From: Raillietiella orientalis | Taxonomy: Eukaryota | Direction of reading: 5' to 3' | NCBI GenBank assembly: GCA_036172245.1 | Contig: JAYWIR010000016.1 | Location: 3,658,001 to 3,722,000, forward strand | Length of the DNA: 64,000 nucleotides | Shown here: piece by piece, positions 1-13,405 of the stretch | Layout of the letters: each line of letters starts with the position of its first letter | Numbering within the stretch: position 1 is the first letter of the stretch | Notes under the pieces: generated by a model | The model's input: only the letters and a program-made list of their open reading frames with translations | The model's database searches: none | Told to the model about the DNA's origin: nothing | Position numbers and translations under genes: made by a program

Positions 1-2222
1 TTTCCCGAGGACCCGCTCATGGAGCGCCACCTGGTCCGCCTCCACTGCTCGCCCCGTGGACTCGCAGGTCCTCCGACAGATGGCAGTCATGCGGCGCGGG
101 CTCCGCGCTCGCTCCGGTCGAACGCCGCTCGGAGCATCCCGGCGCAATCGCGCGAAACAGAGGACAGCAGGGAGGCGAAGAAAAGTCGTCTCTGCTGCCC
201 GGCCTGAAGGGGGGGGGAAGCAGGCGTGGACGATCTTTTCGCCTCTGTAGCCCTCCCCCCCCCTCCGAGTTCGGGGGCCTTCCGTGCCTTCGGCGCGCAG
301 TATCCTACGGATGGATCGTTCGACTGCGCCCAAGGGTGTCCTTCCGCAAGAAGGGAGGACTCCCCCACCGCCAGAGACACCTCGGCCTGCAGGCTTCGAG
401 GTCGACGTCGCCTCAAACCGGCCTCCGGAAGCTCCCACATCTCAGCAGCCTCCGCAACACGAATCGGGACAGTCGGTCGTTCCCGTCCGAGAGCTTCGCG
501 GAAAAGGGCGGTCCCGAACACCCTTTTCTTCCCAAGGGCCGCGATACCCTTCGGAGGGTTGTGTGAGGGCTGCAGACCGGGAGCGCATCCGGAAAATTCC
601 TGCTTTCTTCTTATTCTTATTCTTTTGGAGGGTGGGACTCGAACTTCCCCGGGTCTTCTCTGGAGCAGCCAAAAAGGAGAAGAAGCGATGGCACAGGTGG
701 CGAAAGCGCAGGTTCCTCCCAGGAGCGGCACACCGGCTGCAAGGACCGCGCCCGTCCGAGCCCCGTCCGGCTTTGACCTGCGCAGCCCCGGAGAGCGGTG
801 GAAGCTGGCACTTCCGATGTCGCAAGCGCACCGCCTGCAAGCCCCGCGGCGGAAGCGAGGGACCTCCTGTCGGGAGGAGGCCAGGGCCGCCGCTCCGAAG
901 GACGACTGCTTGCGACGACTCCCCCGCGCCGCGGGCGCAAACGCAGGTCGTGCTACGGGACGCCCCCTGCACGAAGGGGGCCGGCAGACGCGTCTCGGAG
1001 ACGAAGTAAGGCTCAGCGTCTTCCTGCGCATCCTCTTCGCTCTCTCCGGGGATTCTCGCGTGGACGCAGGCTGCCCGAAAGGCGAAAAGGTGGTTTGTGG
1101 ACGCTGGGGGCTCTCCCGCAAAGTTTCCCCTCCGAGGAGACCAAGGAAGGCCAGCGAAGATGTCTCCCGACCACACTGGCAGTGGGCCCCTCGTTCCGAA
1201 ACCGGAACCGTCCACGGAGGTCGCAGGTGGCAGCCACCGAGTGTCCCGCTGCGTGGAGGTCGGCCGGCAGCTCATCTGCGTCCACCAGCTTGCCTCTTCC
1301 ACGCCGTACCGCTTGGCCACACTCTCCAGGTTCGAGCGCGTGACGCAAAAAGAAATGCGCTCGAAAAAAAAAAAAAAAAAGGAAAGCGGCGACGCTTTCC
1401 TTACGTCCAGCATTTTCGCTGCTCCAAAGGAGAGCCTGACGGCGCCTGGCCACCCTGCTTTTTCTCGGGATCGAGTTCCTCCTGTTTTCGTGCCGCAGCC
1501 CCTCGAATTTACCCCCATCACCTGTTTCCAAGAAGAGTTGTCCCAAACGAGACGAAAGCAGCTCAAGTCCCCTTTCCCACGGAGCCAGAGGACGATCCTC
1601 AAGAGCCATGTGGCGAAGACGAGGGCGTCGAAGCCGTTTGCCTGTCGTCAGGAAGGGAAGGGAAGGGAAGAAGACCAAGGCGGGCGGACGGGGGAATCGC
1701 TTCACCTGCAGAGCTCGGGCGCCGGCCAGTGTCCCTGCCGCTTCCCTCCCCTGGACTTCACACGTTCCTCCTCTTTTCACCTTCGACGGCTGCTCCCCTC
1801 GGCTCAGGATTCGCATGGAACCTTCGAGCGCGCCGGAAAGGGATTCGGTGGGTACGCAACAATGCCACGGCAACAATGGCGGCGGGAGCTTCCAGGGCTG
1901 CCAGGAGACTGCCGCGCTTTCAGGACGCGTTGCTCACCTGGAAAATGTCTCCCTAATGTGGCACGGGAGAAGCGACCTATTCCAGCAGGATCGTCCGTGG
2001 GCGCGCCGAAAGTAGGAGGGCAGTAAATTTCACGGCAGTCAGCAAGTGTACAGTGCAACCCGTTTCCTGCAGTTTTGCCAGGGAGCCCCTGAAAGACAGA
2101 ATGCATTTGCGCGGCTTTCGCTTCCCCTGGTCGGATGCGTAGTTTTGTGCTCACCATCAATTTTTGCTTTCGTTTTCTCTGCTTTCAAAGAATCGTGTCC
2201 ACATAACAACGAAACATAGTTC

Positions 2223-2274
<52 letters not shown>
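2223..2274. repeat. (AT)n(GT)n microsatellite
   Basis: Read directly from the sequence. Confidence 0.95.
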
Positions 2275-2277
<3 letters not shown>

Positions 2278-5200
2278 CAATAAATATAATAATAAAAACT
2301 AGAGAAGGCGCTCTAAAGCAGTTCATTGGTATAGTTGAATGCATTTGTAGAGTTTAGAGTTTACGAGCAATCTACTGGCACATGTACATGTGTATTGCTC
2401 GGGAGATATGCAACATTTATCAAACGGTCCTAAAACATTTTTTGCATCTTGCATCAAACGGAAAGCGCTTTTCCTGAAAGTTTCTCCTTGAAAGTGAAGC
2501 CACTCATCCAGAAACCACCTTTTCCAGAGTTCGCGTGATGTGCAAATGCGTTTCGCAGGCACGGATGACCGGAATTTATGATGGGACCGAACGCATTTGC
2601 ATGACGAACGTGCGTGTGCACACGCATACACCTGGGAGTGCATGCTTTTCGTGCTTCGGTCTCACGGGCACAAGCGCACGTAGGGGAAGCGAGCGTGTGC
2701 GGGGCAGGCGGATACCCCTTTCTGCCTTATCAGATGCCGTCTGGCCGCATGGGTCCGCTGTCCCTTGGCACCCGCCTCCCGGGATTGCCCTTTGGCAAGA
2801 AGAGGAGTCTTGGAGAAAGGAAGGGGCGTTTCTCCCAGAGCAGCAGAAGACTGGGAGAGGGAGAAGGGAGGCATGGACGCTACGACACTCTCGTCCCATG
2901 GGTGAGCAGGACGAGGAGAGCGCTGCGAGGGAAGAGGGTGGGTGGCGTGTGAGGAGGTGAGCTCAACTCCTGGGGAGGAGATTGGCTCCTGAATGCTGGC
3001 TTCCTTCGCGTATCACAGAGCGTAGGTCCAGCCGAGTCTTCTTGGCAGTGGAAAGAGGATAGGGAGAGAGGGGAGAGCTCAAAGTTCCCGGACGCGACTA
3101 TCGTCCGTTGACCGGTATGATCCTTTCTTCTCTTTACTCCTCCCCTGTCTCCCGAAAGGTCTCCGTTCGGCTGTCCCCTCCCTCGAGTCCACTTCCCCCC
3201 GAAAAAGAAGCCTCTCTCAGAAAGCAGGGTGTGCATGCGGAGTCAAGCGAGCGTAGGTCCGTGCTTGAGACCAGCGCAGGGCACGTCTCGGCGTTATGGA
3301 GATCTCGACGCATGACACACCTGGAAGAAACCAAGACGACGACAGAGCACATCGAGCCCGTGTGACCACTAGGTATACGTTGCGGACATATGCAGCGTGT
3401 ACCAAGTCGCCTCGCGCGCACAGACGTTAGCATCCCTTGCATGATTTGCTGGCGACAAGCAGGGGCGCCAATGGAGACGCCGCTGGTGCCGTGGAGCAGC
3501 ACAGAACGCGTTGTGCAACCATGTGGTTCACCATCGCTTCATCGCTTGGGCTGCGCTTCTCCCTACTCCTATAAGCGAACACATCAATCTGGTGCCGCCA
3601 CCCGGATACATGACTGTTGCTGCCATCTCGCACTTGACTCTCGAACTCTTCTGACTTCCTCCTCTACCTAAGCTCTCTTGGCTTCTACCCTTTGGCAACC
3701 TCCCTGTCTCTGCGATTGCCCGTAGAGCCCTCATGAAGAGAGGAGATAGACCCTGCTCTGGCTTTTTGCTTCTTAGGGGAGGAAGAGGGAGAGCATTTTT
3801 TGCTCCATCGCTCCCATGGGAATGGGGAGGTCAGCTGACACACGACCTGACTTGGAGCTTCTCGAATTCTCCCGGGAAATCCGAGAACAACTTGGCAGCT
3901 CGTAGTGCTGACTTGGCGAATACGAGAGCAGAGCTCACTGTAGAAATGCAACATCCTCGGGTTGGAGCAGGATGGAGGAAGATGAGCGAGTGGCACCTTC
4001 TCACCCCCTCCCATACACTCTTCCTTCATTACGCGTCGTCCTCGTCCATGCCTCGTCACCTCCCTTCTAGCGGCATCTTTCTCCTTCGTCCTTCACGGCC
4101 TTGAGTACCTTCCTCCCTCGAGATCATCCTTGGAAGCCATTTCTTCATCGCTTTCGCAGCAAACCGGAAGTGGGCTCAACCAGCTCTTGTTCCCGGTGGA
4201 AGGATCCTCCCATGCTTTCCCTGACGCAAAGAAAGGAGGAAGAGTTAGCTACCGGGAACGCTCGGAAGTAGGGGCGGTCAGCGAACCGAGAAGGCAGATG
4301 CTGGAGGAACGGTCAGTCACTGTCCTCACTCCATTTCACGGCGAAGCCAAGGATCGGTGAAGATGGAAAGGGAAGGGGACAAGGAATCCATCAAGGAAGG
4401 AAAGGGATGGAACCGTAGCCATGACTCCTGCGCAACGAAAGACAAGCGTCCGGTGGTCGCCCAGGTGGAGGTGATGTTTTCTGTGGATTCAAGACTGCCA
4501 CGTTCCCACCGGAGAACCCCGAAATGCACACGGCACGAAGAGATCTCCGCACACGGGGAGTGGAGGAGAGAGAGAAAGGGGTAGAGGAGAGAGCGCACCG
4601 TCCAGTTGTTAGCTGGCAGGCCCAGGGCAGCGTCTCGAAAAAGCGCGAACGAGTGTGCTCGTTCAGCATTTGGCACTGTCTGGAGCGCCAGCTCGGTGGT
4701 GGAAGCGAAGGTTTACCTGGTTACCCTTTTGCCTTCCGGGATTTAGGTGCCCTTTGATAATTGAGCCAGACATGCCTTCCAGAATGGAACTGAAGTGACG
4801 GCGTCTTTCTTGCTGGCTCTCTGAGTGACCTCTAGCTCTGTCCCTTCTCCATTTTCCTGTGCCTCTCTCCTCCATCCGGGAAAGTGTGCAACCACCTTTT
4901 TCGGCAAGGGTCCACGTTCCCAGTCTGAGTTCTTGGGTCCTCAGTTACCGACCATTTCCAGAGAACCCCACTTGGTTCGCTTCGCATCCTGGTTGGGCGT
5001 ACAACTCTGAGTGGCAAGAATCTTCTTAGAGCAAACAGAAGGAACTGAATGCAAACCTCTGCTAATTTGAATGTTAGACGCTGCTGCCACGGCGGAGGGA
5101 ACGCCATGGTGCTCTCAGGTTGTGAGAATAGCGGGAGGGTGAACGGGTCGCGAAGTAACGTGCTGAAGGATCGGAAGGAAACGGGCAGCTTGGCACGGGT

Positions 5201-8200
5201 TCATCGAAGCCATCTGGCGTCGTAGATCGCAGGCGCCTTCTCGAAGAGCTGCTGTCTTCATCACCCCTTGTGCTTAGACTGAATACGCGAAACTTTGCGT
5301 TGGAAGCTGGTTCGTCTGTCCCACTCTTCTTCCAGAAGCAAAAATGGCTTGTGCTCACTGAGCAAATGTTGAATGGTCCGTTCTACAGCTACTTAGTATA
5401 TTTTTTCAATGAATGTGGCTGCCACTTCTCCGAAAAGGCTCCCTGAAAACAGACTTCACTATAACATATATCATGCCAATGGACAGTGTCCAGTCGCTCG
5501 CGCTGGCTTCCATTTTCATATTCTTGGTCTTTCTCTCCAGCTTCTCAGCGTCCAGAGAGGTGAAACTGCGGAGTGCGATCGTGGCTGAGGGGAAGAACCT
5601 CTTCTCCCAAAGAAACCTTTCGTGGATGAAAGATGCGTCTTCTGATTCCAAAAGTTCTTTCACAAGTACCAGTCGTCCAGGGGGGTCCAAGTACCGTTAG
5701 TCAGCCGGTTCATCCTTAAGAGATCAAGACTTTCCAGAGGAAAATCGGACCGTCCCTCCAGTCTCCAGTCTACTATTCCCCGAAGATTCCCATAGCTTAA
5801 CGAATCAGTTGACCATTCCTCACTCGAGGCTTCTTTCCCAGTGGTCCCATGAATCGTTAAGAGAAATCTCAATTGGCGACCGCACCGAATCTCGACTCAA
5901 CAGCACCAAAGCTCTATTTCCTTCTCCCTTGGCTTCTCGGGGATTTTCCCTTTGACAGAGCACTTCAGAACGAAGCAGTCTCCCTCTTAATCTGATTTAT
6001 CCTGAAAGTTTCTCTGGATGAAAGAAGAAATGCAAGCAGCAAAGAGCTTCCTATAGAATAACTGTGCTTTCTGCATGCCAATGAAGGTTTTCCACCTATT
6101 GACGGCTTCCATGAATAGTCTATTCAAGAACTTATGCTAACCATGGTTTTGCAGGAGGCCACAAATTAGAATCAACCATATTACTATTGGTAGACGAGCC
6201 GGCTGCTGTAACTCAAATGAGATGTCCCTCTGCGTTTAAGAAGTCCCACAATTCCTGAAACATTCTGGAGGTTCCGTTGTGAGATCTTGGTATCAGCCCC
6301 AACCAATCATTCAGCACAAATCACAGATCTTTAGTTCTCGTGCATTTTGGCTTCTTTGGGACGAAATTTATCCCACGCATAATCTCCAGGAGATTTAAAA
6401 AAAAAAAAAAAAAAAAAGATACATCCCTACCGGAGGGGAGTAATTAACTTCAAAATTTCTAGCGTCGTAGTAAGTGCTTTTTCTGAGAAAGAAAATCATC
6501 TAGAAAGAAAAGGCCTCTCGCTCTGGCTGCCAGTAATTTTCAAGCTTAAACTTCAGATAACTTTCTGGAATGCAGTTATCACAGAAAAAGCATTTTAAGA
6601 CAAGTAAAAGCATTTTCACTAAAGACATTTTAGTGAATTTATCCTATGTTGTGATCCCAATTTATGCTGAAAGAAAAGTTTTCAGAAAGCAGCACCAATA
6701 ACGTATAATAGGGTCTGCTGTCCCAAAATGGCAAAATAAGAATCACAAATGTGACAGATGCCGCCTGATGACTATGTCTTCCAAATACCAAGGAGGTTCC
6801 TTTAAACCTGGTGATGACTCGGCAATCAGTTTTTAATCTGATCCGGCAGTTCGGGATTTGACAGTTTATCAAAAGTCAAAGGTAGCAAGCCAGACTGCAT
6901 AGTTTCCCTTTGGGAAAACAGAAAAACATTTGACTCCTCATCCAATGCAGTATTCCGTATACGTTCCGTTTCCGCTTTGACTGTTTTCGATATCCTGCAA
7001 TCCTCCACAAGGTGCACTTTCTCCCGTTGATTTGCACCTCGGTTGAGTTTGCCCTCACCAATGCCAAGGTCGTGTTTTTGTTGGTAATTCTGTTTCCTCG
7101 ATCTAAGTTTCTCTCTATACAGAGTTGGAAACCATAATTCTTCTCAAAGTTCAGAAAAAGTAAAGAATGTAATTCGCAAACGAAATCATAGACAGAAAAT
7201 ATATTTTACCAAGTGCTGGAAATGGCTCGATGTCACATGATGGAAGCAGCAAAAGTCGTGCATAATGGAAAATTTTTAACAATGTTTTTGGAAAAATCTA
7301 GGAAAAATTCCTGGGTGTATAACAAGCTTATCAGTCGAAAGGCCCAGGAGTCTGTTCGATTTCATGAACTGGTTGGCAAGCTGAAACTCACCGAGCTACT
7401 CATTGGAGAGTTTGATAACTGTAAAACTTCTTATTAAGCTCTTTCATAACTTTTGGTAGAGAAATTCCATTCCACAAAGAGGACCAGTTTTTCGTTTCCC
7501 CCTTTCTACAGATTCCACAGCAGAAATTTTCTGAAATTGAAATTTCTTAAAAAACGTTAGCTCAAGCATAATAATTTCAGTAATGTGATCAATGCAGGAT
7601 CTCCTGAAACGATCGATCCGAAAGTTGGAAATGAATGCAAATTTTATTATGCTTTATTATGAAGTACTAAAGTACTTCCTTCAGATTGCATCTCATCCTT
7701 TTTCAGATCAATATTATCCGAGAATACTTCAATCAAGCCCTCTCTTTTTCTTCAAACTCTAAAGGAGGAAGGGTTTCAATTCTCTTGAGGATTATTAGAA
7801 CTCTTCTAATAATAAACTCTTGCAGTATTTTGATGAGCTGAATTGCAATTCCGTGATCACTCAGAGAACTTTTGAGGAGAGATGAACAGAAATATCTAAA
7901 ACTTGATTTCATGAGCTACACGGATTTCATGTTAAGAAACATATGTTAAGGTATGTCCACTTAAGAACTCTTAATACAACAAAATTCTTTTTTCACATTA
8001 GGAACCTATTTCAAGAAACATGCTTCAAGTTGAGGAAATCACACAGACACTCTTGGAACCTATCATGATGATACTAAATTATGTATAATAGAAACTAATA
8101 AAATAAACACCTATCGCACTCTAGTCATTTCTCTGTGCAATTTATGGATTTTATTGAATGGCTACAGATGGTGAAATTAGCAAAGTAGTCTATTTACCCC

Positions 8201-8534
8201 TCATTATTCGAATTCATAGCTTAAATTTTTCTAGATTATCAAATCGGCTCATAAAAAATGTTAACACACAGAAACACATTGAAATAAAAAAAAATATTTT
8301 TGACATTTGAGTCGTTTCAGTTCACTTGCATCGCGCAAATTTTAAGGTTTTTAAAAATAATCATCCTCATTCACTTTTCTGCTGAACTTTTACGAATTAC
8401 AAGTTATTTCTTTTAATTGGTTTAGAGGCGTTTTCTCGGAAACTTGGTATGCGTGTATCCTTGGGGATTTGGATGTCTCACATGTTAAGTAATGTAAAAG
8501 GAGGAAGTCTGGTGTTAAGGTTTTTCACCTGGTG

Positions 8535-11500
8535 ATGGAGGAATACGCTAGGGAACCATGGTAGGATATGCTAGAAATCCATATTTTTCCATTGCAATCA
8601 CATTGAAGTTTTCATTTTTAAATGTGAGGAGGTGCTGGCGCAGAATGAGTTAATTGTGTGGACTATCAAGTATTGTGATTATTTTGTTTCCTGTTTTCGA
8701 TTATCATTTAGTATTCGTGGCCTGATTGCTCGTGGTGCGCAGGATCTCCAGAGTTATCTGTGAATCTATTAACGTTGATTAAGAACTATTCCAAACTCCA
8801 GATTTTGTCAGGTTTCGCAGAGCATTTGAGGGATAAATTCGAATGAAAAAGGGATAGTGAATCATTCCCTTATGAGTTTGCAGATTGCATACTTTTCGTT
8901 TGAGAAGTGGATCTGGATTATGCCTAGAGTAATGTTCTTAATCGATGCCTAACATGCATTAATTTTTTTACCTTTTGAAAGCAGTTTACAATCTTGCAAT
9001 TGTTAATTTTATGGCCTGACAACAGCTACTCATTCCTGGAAAAGTTCATTGCACTTTTGCAAGGAAGAAGGAAACAAATTATGCCCCTGGACTTTTGGGA
9101 ATATCTTTGTTATATGTTTTGATGCCTATTGTGGTTTTTTAGAATGTTGTTAGGAATTGTGGAAACGAATAAAAGGGAATATCCATTAGAGAATGCTCCT
9201 TTAAACAGTTACATTTTTGCATAGGAATATTTTTAATTGCAAATGATAGAGTATTATTATTGAAGACTGATGCCAAAAAGTTTGATAACAAATATTGCAA
9301 TAAAAACTAATTTTCCTTATTAATCTTCTAAAAGGGAGTGATGCTCAGTAGATCTCCCCTTATGAATAACACTTGTATAGCTCCGCGAAGTTGATTTTCA
9401 AAATTTCGGTCATTACTATTACAATTGCACTTAGAGTTTGTGTAAAACTGATTCTCGTGATTTACAGTAATATGGGTATAGTTATTAATATGATGTTTCC
9501 TTTCCATCTTATTCGATGTGTAATCCATCTAGGTACATATCCCATCAGTTTTTCCCAGTTTATACTTTAATTTTGGGATGGCAAATTTTCAGATGATTAT
9601 GACATGTTATTGACAGTGGTTTATTGCATCAAATTTTCAAACCAAAATGTAGTACCTGTAATTTTCTAACACAGAATTAATCAAATGTTTTCAGCTCTAT
9701 AATTGGGTATGTAAATTGTATAATTCTAATTTATTTAATACTCTGATAGGTTTCCTATAGGAAACCTATGGATATGATATGGATAAAACAATTGCATGAT
9801 TTTGTTTCCTGATTATTTTGACTTTGGAAGATTGAACTGATTTTGATGAACATAAAGTAGGCAACCTTGAAAAATGATTTTTATTTCCTTTCCTCTAAGA
9901 CTTTCAATCAGATTGGTTAAGATGTTTTGCTAATATTTGATGATCTAACAAAATTTTACTTCATCTTTTGCACTTTCCTTTTTTCAGAAGCAATATGCCA
10001 TGTGGTTGTACAGTCTTTTTTGCATTATCATTTGTGATTTTTTTAGGACCTGAAAATCCCTTCATGTTGTTTAAAAAAATACCCATATGTGCAAACCAGA
10101 GTATTTTTTTATGTGCTTGAAAGTGTTTTTCTTATTTGAATGCTTTAGTTCTTGAAAGCACAGGGCTTTGTAATTGAATCATTTGTAATCAAGTCATTTG
10201 TTGATGTAGCCTCTGAAAAATTCAGGAGGTTTTTATCTGTCTTATCCCATAATGCAGGAGATTCCAGACTCTTTATTTCATATTATATGTGTTTCTGTTC
10301 TCACCTCCCTTTTAACATCTCTCATCTTTAACCATTAGTCCCTGAAGATCTGTGCTTCCAGAATTATAACCTATTCCAGAATTATGTGCATTACTTAAAG
10401 AACAACCTGACTGATAAATTCAAATACAAAGATGCATCACCTGGTCAGCATATCATGTTTTATTTCCTCTTTTTTAGTTTTCACCACCAGTGCTACTTGT
10501 TGAATACTTATTAGGTCATATGAATAAATGAATTTGTCTCCACTCTATTATCAGAAATTTTCAGAATGATCCATACATGCCCATTATCTTTTTTTTTTTT
10601 AGTAGTCATTTATAACTGAAGACTTGATCCATTTGTTTGTTTTCCTTGGATACTAAAATTACCATCTTTCTTTTAATTATCCTTGAGTGTGTACAAGCTT
10701 CTCCTTGGATTGTTTACTCATGTTGCTGATTCAGGAGAATTTTTCAGTGTTTCAAGCCAACTAAGTAGTTCAATTGAATAAGTTATTCTAGATGGTTAAT
10801 TTTCAAAGGTAAGCTCCTGTTAACACAGGAAAAACATGCACCTATAGATTAGGTGATTTAGATTTTCCATAGTCAAATTCAGCAAGACTGCATAGCGTAC
10901 CATGTAGATTCCATCTGCTTATTTATTTATATTGTTTGTGGGAACTGTACTTCCAAAGAACTTCTTTTTGAATTTGTGCATGAAAGATTGGTTTCATCGT
11001 ATTAATTCAAAGTTTTGCTTTTCCTTATTCAAATCCTGTTTTTCAATTGTGTAACAGCTAACTCTTTTTATATCAAAGTGAAGCTACATTGATTTCTCAC
11101 ATTTCTAGAGGGGTTATTCTGATCATTAAATATGTGGAATTATTGGTTTGTATGTTCTAACTGTTAGCTAAAAGTAATTTAAAATATGAATTCGAGAAAA
11201 TTCCATTTTATTAAGAAAAACTCAGTTGCACATGAGACAGGCCCCCAATGAAGGCCGGAACAATGGGAAATTGACCTTCCGGTCTTCCCAGGAATAAAGG
11301 AGTGGGGAGTTCCCCCTCCGAGTTTCAAGATGGAGCAGGAGCCCTCACAGGCACCTCTCCAGTTGTTCAAAGGAGCGGACCCTCCCCGTTGCGGAGGGGA
11401 CCCTCCGAGTCTCCGCCTTTCCAGAAGAGTGCAAGGAAGCAAGCGAGAGTGATCCCCCTGTTGGAAGCTGCAGCGCCCCTTCTGAGTTTCCGAAGCGTTC

Positions 11501-13337
11501 CTTTGGGGCTCTCTTCAGAGGAGTGAACAGGAGCGGTTCCCTTGCGGGCTCCCTCCGGAGAAGAAATTCCTACAAGAGGATCCTTTCCGGGTTCCCTTCG
11601 GAGAAGTTGAAATGGAGAGGACAGTCCCTCCCCATTAGAGGGGGTTGTCCCTCCGGAGAGAATGAGGAAGGAGATTCCCTTCGGGGTTCCCCTTCGGAGA
11701 CAACCAGGGTGGGAGGTGCGATCCCCACCGTCCGGGGGGGATCCCTTCCCAAGCGTGAGAGGAACGGACTCCGAGTCCTTCCTGGATTCAATAGGGCGGA
11801 CCCCCATCCCGGGGTGCCCCCTGTCCTGAAGAATTACACGCCCCCCTGCGGGTTGCCGCAGGCGGAGAGGTGTGGAAACAAAACCGTGTGTTTAATGTTT
11901 AAAAAGAGCCACGTGCGGCGCGAGGCACGCGACCGGCTCTTGAGGTTACGTAGGGAACCAAAAAAAATGGACAACACCTCAGTCGGCATTTCATTTTCGT
12001 AAGACTTAAGGAAACTTGGAAAGATCATATGTTGATCAAAATCCCTTTTTGCTGTCATTCCAAAATGAGTATTTAAGAGAAAATATTCAGAGTAGACTTT
12101 GATGGTTTCCTGGGCTGCATCTCTAATGCTTGCAATCACTTTAAAATCATTCTTCAATAGTGGAAGGTGCATATAGGTTTATCAACACTTGTGTTTTTCC
12201 TGCTGGCAGATTTGCTAGCATTAGAAGTAGAGTATTCATCAGATTATAGACAGTCTTCTCAGGTGCATTCTTATCCAAGCAGCTAGGTGGTTACCATGAA
12301 GGGAAAAAGTATTGCATGTCTAGATAGTTACTATCCTAATAGGATTGTGTTAATTTGTAAACGATGCTATGTGATGTGTTATACTTTGATTACATTCTCT
12401 TTTTTTTTGTTGTTGTTGTGGTTGTGTTATTCACAATGTGGTACATTGGTGAGTTGTGGATTCTGTATCCGACTTGGCATCTGCGGAATTCGTGTTAAAT
12501 TGAACATTGCATGCCAAATCGCTATTGTGCCCCATACCCTGGAAATGGAAACTCTTGTTTGTACTTTTCTTTTTGCAAAATTTCAAATTTTTCATGTATG
12601 CGGTTGACGTGTTTTGGTGGACACTAATGATATGGCAGTTAAAGAAGAAATGATTCTATTCATTTTTCAATCTGCGCCTTTTCATAGACTGTAGTTAATT
12701 GAAAACTGTTTTCCACAGTCCTTGGAGAATTGTGGACGACTGCGGAGGTGCCTTTACAATGGGTGCTATTGGTGGCGCAGTCTTCCAGAGCATTAAAGGA
12801 TTTAGGAATGCACCCAGCGTAAGCATTACTGTGTGAATTAAAATGTCATGTGTAGATGTTAGGGTGTAAACAGAAGATTACTGGGAAGCTTATCGGCAAT
12901 CCAGCATCGCTCACCAAGTATCGGAGGGAGTTTTGCCATGTGGGGAGGCATGTTTTCAACGATAGATTGCTCGCTGGTGTATTTCCGCAAAAAAGAAGAT
13001 CCCTGGAATTCCATTATTAGTGGAGCAGCGACAGGTGGCATATTAGCTGCTAGAAGTATGTTAATTTCCTAATCCTTTCTAATTACAAAATAACTCAACG
13101 GTGACTACTTTGTATTTAAATAGTTTAAAAACACAATTCTCATCGATGCTGCATTCTTTAGATGGACCTGCTGCAATTGCAGGCAGTGCTCTCATTGGAG
13201 GCGTCCTTCTTGCCCTAATTGAAGGAGTGGGAATTTTATTTACACGTCTTTCAGCAGAACAGTTCAGGCCTATGACACCACAGCTGGATGATACATCTTC
13301 AGGCCTTCCCCATCTTACTGGACAGCATTATCAGTAG
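8535..13337 (+). CDS. TIMM17: Mitochondrial import inner membrane translocase subunit Tim17 (4 coding exons, 164 aa)
   Basis: Exons 8535-8560, 12719-12818, 12863-13055, 13162-13337 join via GT-AG introns (4158, 44, 106 nt) into a 495-nt frame: [43 protein letters not shown]...[43 protein letters not shown]..., the canonical Tim17 sequence. Confidence 0.97.
11235..11967 (+). mobile_element. Retroposon (SINE-like) family copy 1, in Tim17 intron 1
   Basis: GC-rich insert in an AT-rich intron. 11563-11967 is nearly identical to 32009-32398 and ends at an A run. The 5' boundary is approximate. Confidence 0.8.
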
Positions 13338-13340
13338 CTA

Positions 13341-13346
13341 TTTATT
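13341..13346 (-). promoter_or_regulatory. Candidate poly(A) signal of RPUSD2
   Basis: AATAAA on the minus strand ~60 nt after the RPUSD2 stop and 3 bp from the Tim17 stop. Confidence 0.65.
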
Positions 13347-13405
13347 GATATAATCACACTGTTAGTGACCACAATATATGGAATTCAAGATGACCGTGTG
13401 CTTTT

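Noticed and set aside
87..2026. Long overlapping ORFs (576, 386, 344, 309 aa)
   Set aside because: Arg/Pro/Gly/Ser-rich, open on both strands, run through poly(A) tracts and show no recognisable domain; expected from high GC content.
7213..7437. LEMARC resembling a copia integrase motif
   Set aside because: An isolated hexapeptide with no other integrase, RT or LTR features.
8455..8462. GTATCCTT, U12-type donor-like motif upstream of Tim17
   Set aside because: No TCCTTAAC-type branch site before the start codon; all modelled introns look U2-type.
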